A program made the translations under genes and the position numbers. Source: an uncultured Solirubrobacterales bacterium (GTDB lineage Bacteria; Actinomycetota; Thermoleophilia; Solirubrobacterales; 70-9). Taken from it: DNA of 64,000 bases. This document shows positions 61,012 through 64,000 of the stretch, piece by piece. The notes under the pieces are model-generated. The model saw only the letters and a list, made by a program, of their open reading frames with translations, was not told the origin of the DNA and made no database searches. The stretch is taken from assembly GCA_963780815.1 (NCBI GenBank), contig CAWADG010000008.1:131306-195305 (forward strand), in the 5' to 3' direction. Position 1 is the stretch's first letter; each line of letters begins with the position of its first letter.

Positions 61012-61872
61012 TCAGCGCCGGCGCTTGCCGAGACGGCGGGCCAGCTCGAGCGTCTCGGAGAGATCGGTGAGGTGGATCTCGACGACGATCTCCTCGCCGC
61101 GCGGACGCACCCGGACCTCGTGGCCTATGCTCGACTCGAGCTCGTCGCCGACCTCACGCAGTGCCGCCTGGCGCTCGGCGTCGACCGGCTCGGGACGCGC
61201 GCGGCGGTTTGGCTGGCTGGCCAACTTAACCCGGTTCTCGGTCTCGCGAACCGACCAACCGCCCTTTGCCGCATCGCGTGCGAGGCGGCGGCGGGCGTCG
61301 TTGCCACGGATCCCAAGCAGGGCGCGGCCGTGGCCCTCCGTGAGCTCTCCCGACTCGAGCAGGGCGAGCGCATCATCGGGCAACTCGAGCAGCCGGATCA
61401 GGTTCGAGACCGCCGGGCGGCTGCGGCCGATCCTTTTTGCCAGCTCCTCTTTCGAGAGGCCGAGGTCCTCGACCAGAGCCGCGCAGGCCCGGGCCTCGTC
61501 GATCGGGTTGAGATCCTCGCGGACGACGTTCTCGATCAACGCCACCTGAAGCCGCTCGGCGCGCTCGGACTCGCGGACGATCGCCGGCACCTTCTCGAGA
61601 CCGGCCTGTTGGGCCGCGCGCCAGCGCCGCTCGCCGGCGATCAGCTCGTAGCTGCCGTCGGCCAGCGGGCGGACGAGGAGGGGCTGGACGACCCCGCTCG
61701 CCTCGATCGAGGACGCAAGGCCGCTGAGCGACTCGGCGTCGAAGCGCTTGCGCGGCTGGTTCGGGTTGGGCTTGATCAGATCGATCCGCAGCTCGCAGAG
61801 GTCGCCGACGTCGTCGCCGGAGGCCTCCGGCAGGATCGCGGCGAGTCCGCGGCCGATCCCTGGGCTAGCCAC
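61012..61872 (-). CDS. parB: chromosome partitioning protein ParB/Spo0J
   Basis: GRGLAAIL, NPNQPRKRF and LIAGERRWRAAQQAGL. GTG start overlaps the parA end by 8 nt. Confidence 0.95.
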   Translation of the reverse strand: MASPGIGRGLAAILPEASGDDVGDLCELRIDLIKPNPNQPRKRFDAESLSGLASSIEASGVVQPLLVRPLADGSYELIAGERRWRAAQQAGLEKVPAIVRESERAERLQVALIENVVREDLNPIDEARACAALVEDLGLSKEELAKRIGRSRPAVSNLIRLLELPDDALALLESGELTEGHGRALLGIRGNDARRRLARDAAKGGWSVRETENRVKLASQPNRRARPEPVDAERQAALREVGDELESSIGHEVRVRPRGEEIVVEIHLTDLSETLELARRLGKRRR

Positions 61873-62623
61873 GGGCCGAGAGCTCCTGGGCCAGCGCCCG
61901 GTAAGCCTCCGAGCCGCGGGAGGAGGGGGCGTGCTCGGTCACCGGCAGGCCGTAGCTCGGCGCCTCGGCGACCCTGACGCTGCGCGGTATGACTGTCTCG
62001 AAGACCATTTCCGGAAAGTGGTCGCGCAGCTCCCGCTCGACGTCCTGGGCGAGCCGCGTGCGCTCGTCATGCATAGTGATCAACAGACCCGACACATTCA
62101 GTGAAGGGTTCAACTCACGCCGGATCATCCCCACCGTGTCAAGGAACTGGACCAGGCCCTCGAGCGCGAGGTACTCGGCCTGGACCGGGACGATCACCCG
62201 GTCGGCGGCGACGAGCGCGTTGACGCTGACCGGGCCGAGCGAGGGTGGGCAGTCGAGAATCGTGAAGGCGAACCGCTCGCGGACCGGACCGAGCCGTTCG
62301 CGCAGCCGCGTCTCCGAGCCCTCGAGCCGCGGCAGCTCGACCGAGGCGCCGGCGAGGTCGCGGCCGGCGGGCACCAGCCAGAGGTTGTCGGGGCCGGCGG
62401 GGCGCGCCGCCTCGGCCACGGAGACGTCGCCGATCAGGCAGTCGTAGGAGGAGGGATGCAGGTCATGGGCGCCGCCGAGCGCGGTGGTCGCGTTGCACTG
62501 GGGGTCGAGGTCGACGAGCAGGGTCTGGGCGCCGCCCTTCGCGATGCAGGCGGCGAGGTTGACCGCGGTGGTCGTCTTCCCGACCCCGCCCTTCTGATTG
62601 GCGATCGCGTGCACCAGGCCCAT
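61865..62623 (-). CDS. parA: chromosome partitioning ATPase ParA/Soj
   Basis: Deviant Walker A IANQKGGVGKTTTAVNLA. ATG at 62623. The upstream part of the 360-aa track ORF is junk antisense to rsmG. Confidence 0.95.
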   Translation of the reverse strand: MGLVHAIANQKGGVGKTTTAVNLAACIAKGGAQTLLVDLDPQCNATTALGGAHDLHPSSYDCLIGDVSVAEAARPAGPDNLWLVPAGRDLAGASVELPRLEGSETRLRERLGPVRERFAFTILDCPPSLGPVSVNALVAADRVIVPVQAEYLALEGLVQFLDTVGMIRRELNPSLNVSGLLITMHDERTRLAQDVERELRDHFPEMVFETVIPRSVRVAEAPSYGLPVTEHAPSSRGSEAYRALAQELSARG

Positions 62624-62651
62624 CGGCGCGCAGGTTAGTTGCCGCCGGGCC

Positions 62652-63341
62652 TCAGCCGCGGGGGCGCTTCTTCGCGATTCCCGGACGGCGCGGAAGATCC
62701 TTCGGCGTCGGTCCCGTCTTCCGCAGGACGTGCAGGTGACGGTTGCGGCTGCCAGCGTAGGGGCCGGCGTCGAGCACCGCCTCCGCCCGCATCGCGAGCG
62801 CGGCGGCGGCGCGCTCGGCCTGGCGCTCCTCCTCCTCGTCGCGCCTCCCCTTCCAGGCGACCAGCACGCCTCCTTCGCGGAGCAGCGGCGAAGCCAGCTC
62901 GGCCAGGGTCGAGAGCCTGCCGACGGCGCGGGCGGTGACCGCGTCATATGCCGCCCTTCCCTCGGCTCCCTCCGCGGCCCAATCCTCCGAGCGCGCGTTG
63001 AGCACGCGCGCGTTCGCGATACCCGCCCCGGCGATCGCCCGCTCGATGAACTCGCACTTGCGGCCGATCGACTCGATCAGGTCGACCCGGCCCGCCGGCA
63101 GCGCGACCGCCAATGGCAGGCCCGGGAAGCCGGCGCCGGAACCGACGTCGGCGATGCGCCGGGCGCCCCGCAGATCGGCCACGTCGAGGCCGCTGAGGCT
63201 GTCGGCGACGTGGACCTTCCAGGCCCGATCGGGGTCGACGACGGAGCTGACCGAGGCCCGCTCGGCGGCGAGCAGCTCGAGGACCCTGAGGAGCGCCGCG
63301 CGGCCGGCGTCGTCGAGCGAGGCCCCCGGGCCCGGGTTCAC
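62652..63341 (-). CDS. rsmG: 16S rRNA (guanine527-N7)-methyltransferase
   Basis: GidB pattern HVADSL...IADVGSGAGFPGLPLA. GTGA overlap with the jag stop. Confidence 0.9.
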   Translation of the reverse strand: MNPGPGASLDDAGRAALLRVLELLAAERASVSSVVDPDRAWKVHVADSLSGLDVADLRGARRIADVGSGAGFPGLPLAVALPAGRVDLIESIGRKCEFIERAIAGAGIANARVLNARSEDWAAEGAEGRAAYDAVTARAVGRLSTLAELASPLLREGGVLVAWKGRRDEEEERQAERAAAALAMRAEAVLDAGPYAGSRNRHLHVLRKTGPTPKDLPRRPGIAKKRPRG

Positions 63342-63880
63342 TCCGAGACGAGCGGGGCGACGACCACGCAGCGGTGGGGCTCGTCGCCTTCGCTGTAGGT
63401 CTCGACTCCGGCGCGGTCCCGGAGGTACTCGTGGACGACGCGGCGCTCCTGGGCGCTCATCGGGTCCATCTCGACGATCCGGTTGGCGCTCAGGGCCTGC
63501 TCGGCGGCGCGGGCGGCGCGGGCGGTGAGGACCTCGCGGCGACGGTCGCGGTAGCCGGCGGCATCGACCAGAACCCGCTTGCGATCCCGGATCCCGCGGA
63601 AGGCGGCCTGGTGGCAGAGCAGCTGCAGGGCGTCGATCGTCTGCCCGCGGCGGCCGATCAACAGCCCGTAGTCGTCGTCCCCGACCACCACCGCCTCGAT
63701 CGTGTCATCGTCCTCCTCGACCTCGACATCGCCCTCGAGGTCGAGCTCGTCGAGGACACCCTCGATCAGCTCGCGAACCCTCTCAGCCGGCTCCTCCGGC
63801 CACTCTTTCTCGGCACTCGAATCGTTCACGAATCTCACCCTATCCACAATCGCCCGAGGCGCGGGCGGGTACCCCCGCAA
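63338..63880 (-). CDS. Jag/KhpB-like KH plus R3H RNA-binding protein
   Basis: KH block LLIGRRGQTIDALQ and R3H block MDPMSAQERRVVHEYL. The start (TTG 63880) is uncertain. Confidence 0.8.
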   Translation of the reverse strand: MRGYPPAPRAIVDRVRFVNDSSAEKEWPEEPAERVRELIEGVLDELDLEGDVEVEEDDDTIEAVVVGDDDYGLLIGRRGQTIDALQLLCHQAAFRGIRDRKRVLVDAAGYRDRRREVLTARAARAAEQALSANRIVEMDPMSAQERRVVHEYLRDRAGVETYSEGDEPHRCVVVAPLVSE

Positions 63881-63898
63881 CGGATGGGAGGCGGGGCC

Positions 63899-64000
63899 CT
63901 ACCGCCGCCGCTTCTTCTTCTTGGGCGGTGGTGGCGGTGGCTTGGCAGCCGCCGCGGCCTCGGGAGTGAGGACGGCGGGCGGCGGGATCAGTTTCGCCGC
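63899..64000 (-). CDS. C-terminal end of a gene running off the window, probably the membrane insertase YidC
   Basis: Only 33 codons are visible, ending ...PPPPPPKKKKRRR-stop. The basic tail and the yidC-jag-rsmG-parAB synteny suggest YidC. This call rests on inference only. Confidence 0.35.
   Translation of the reverse strand, partial: AAKLIPPPAVLTPEAAAAAKPPPPPPKKKKRRR

Noticed and set aside
61012-62651. I looked for a canonical parS site (tGTTtCAcGTGAAACa) in and around parAB and rsmG.
   Set aside because: I did not spot a 16-bp palindrome of that type anywhere in the window by eye. A pattern search allowing mismatches would be needed before making any claim.
63840-63848. DnaA-box-like 9-mer cTATCCACA near the jag start, in an origin-proximal gene neighbourhood.
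   Set aside because: It is a single copy with one mismatch to TTATCCACA, and it lies inside or at the edge of coding sequence. No cluster of boxes or AT-rich unwinding element is visible, so this is not an oriC call.

Overview
This is a very GC-rich bacterial chromosome segment with Actinomycetota-like gene content and codon usage. A deep-branching class such as Thermoleophilia or Rubrobacteria is only a guess, since no search was possible. I support about 65 protein genes, 2 tRNAs, 1 pseudogene, 1 intein and several short repeats. I saw no rRNA, CRISPR array, transposase or integrase. Most long ORFs in the six-frame track are antisense or out-of-frame shadows typical of high-GC DNA. I chose frames by recognisable domains and motifs, and refined starts by hand; many neighbours share ATGA, GTGA or TGATG stop/start overlaps.

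Gene content, left to right:
- Envelope and housekeeping genes: pyrE, an L,D-transpeptidase, a CPBP protease, a class A PBP, GT-C-like membrane proteins and thiL.
- An OmpR/HK/HtrA module, then treT and otsA.
- The rpsF-ssb-rpsR-rplI-dnaB cluster. dnaB carries a P-loop intein and is coupled to a DnaC/IstB-like loader. purA and a TetR regulator follow.
- An MMPL gene plus six translationally coupled mce genes (28.7-41.0 kb), bracketed by two paralogous secreted four-Cys proteins.
- tRNA-Lys, then tatA and tatC.
- A long co-directional respiratory/tetrapyrrole cluster: hemB, an ahbAB-like gene, hemL, qcrABC, menG and a polyprenyl synthase.
- ddl, tRNA-Ile, and the origin-proximal parB-parA-rsmG-jag-(yidC) block.

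Main hunt results:
- The Mce hexamer genes sit behind an MMPL transporter gene instead of the canonical YrbE/MlaE permeases. No MlaE or MlaF/MceG gene is visible anywhere in the window. This is either a candidate non-ABC Mce envelope transport system or an orphan mce operon served in trans.
- Secondary results are a mosaic family of short intergenic repeats (two near-identical copies 44 kb apart), a fused siroheme-decarboxylase-like gene bracketed by inverted repeats, and a hydrolase pseudogene whose frameshift can be pinned to a 5-bp tandem duplication.

All functional calls rest on motif recognition by eye. No database search was run.
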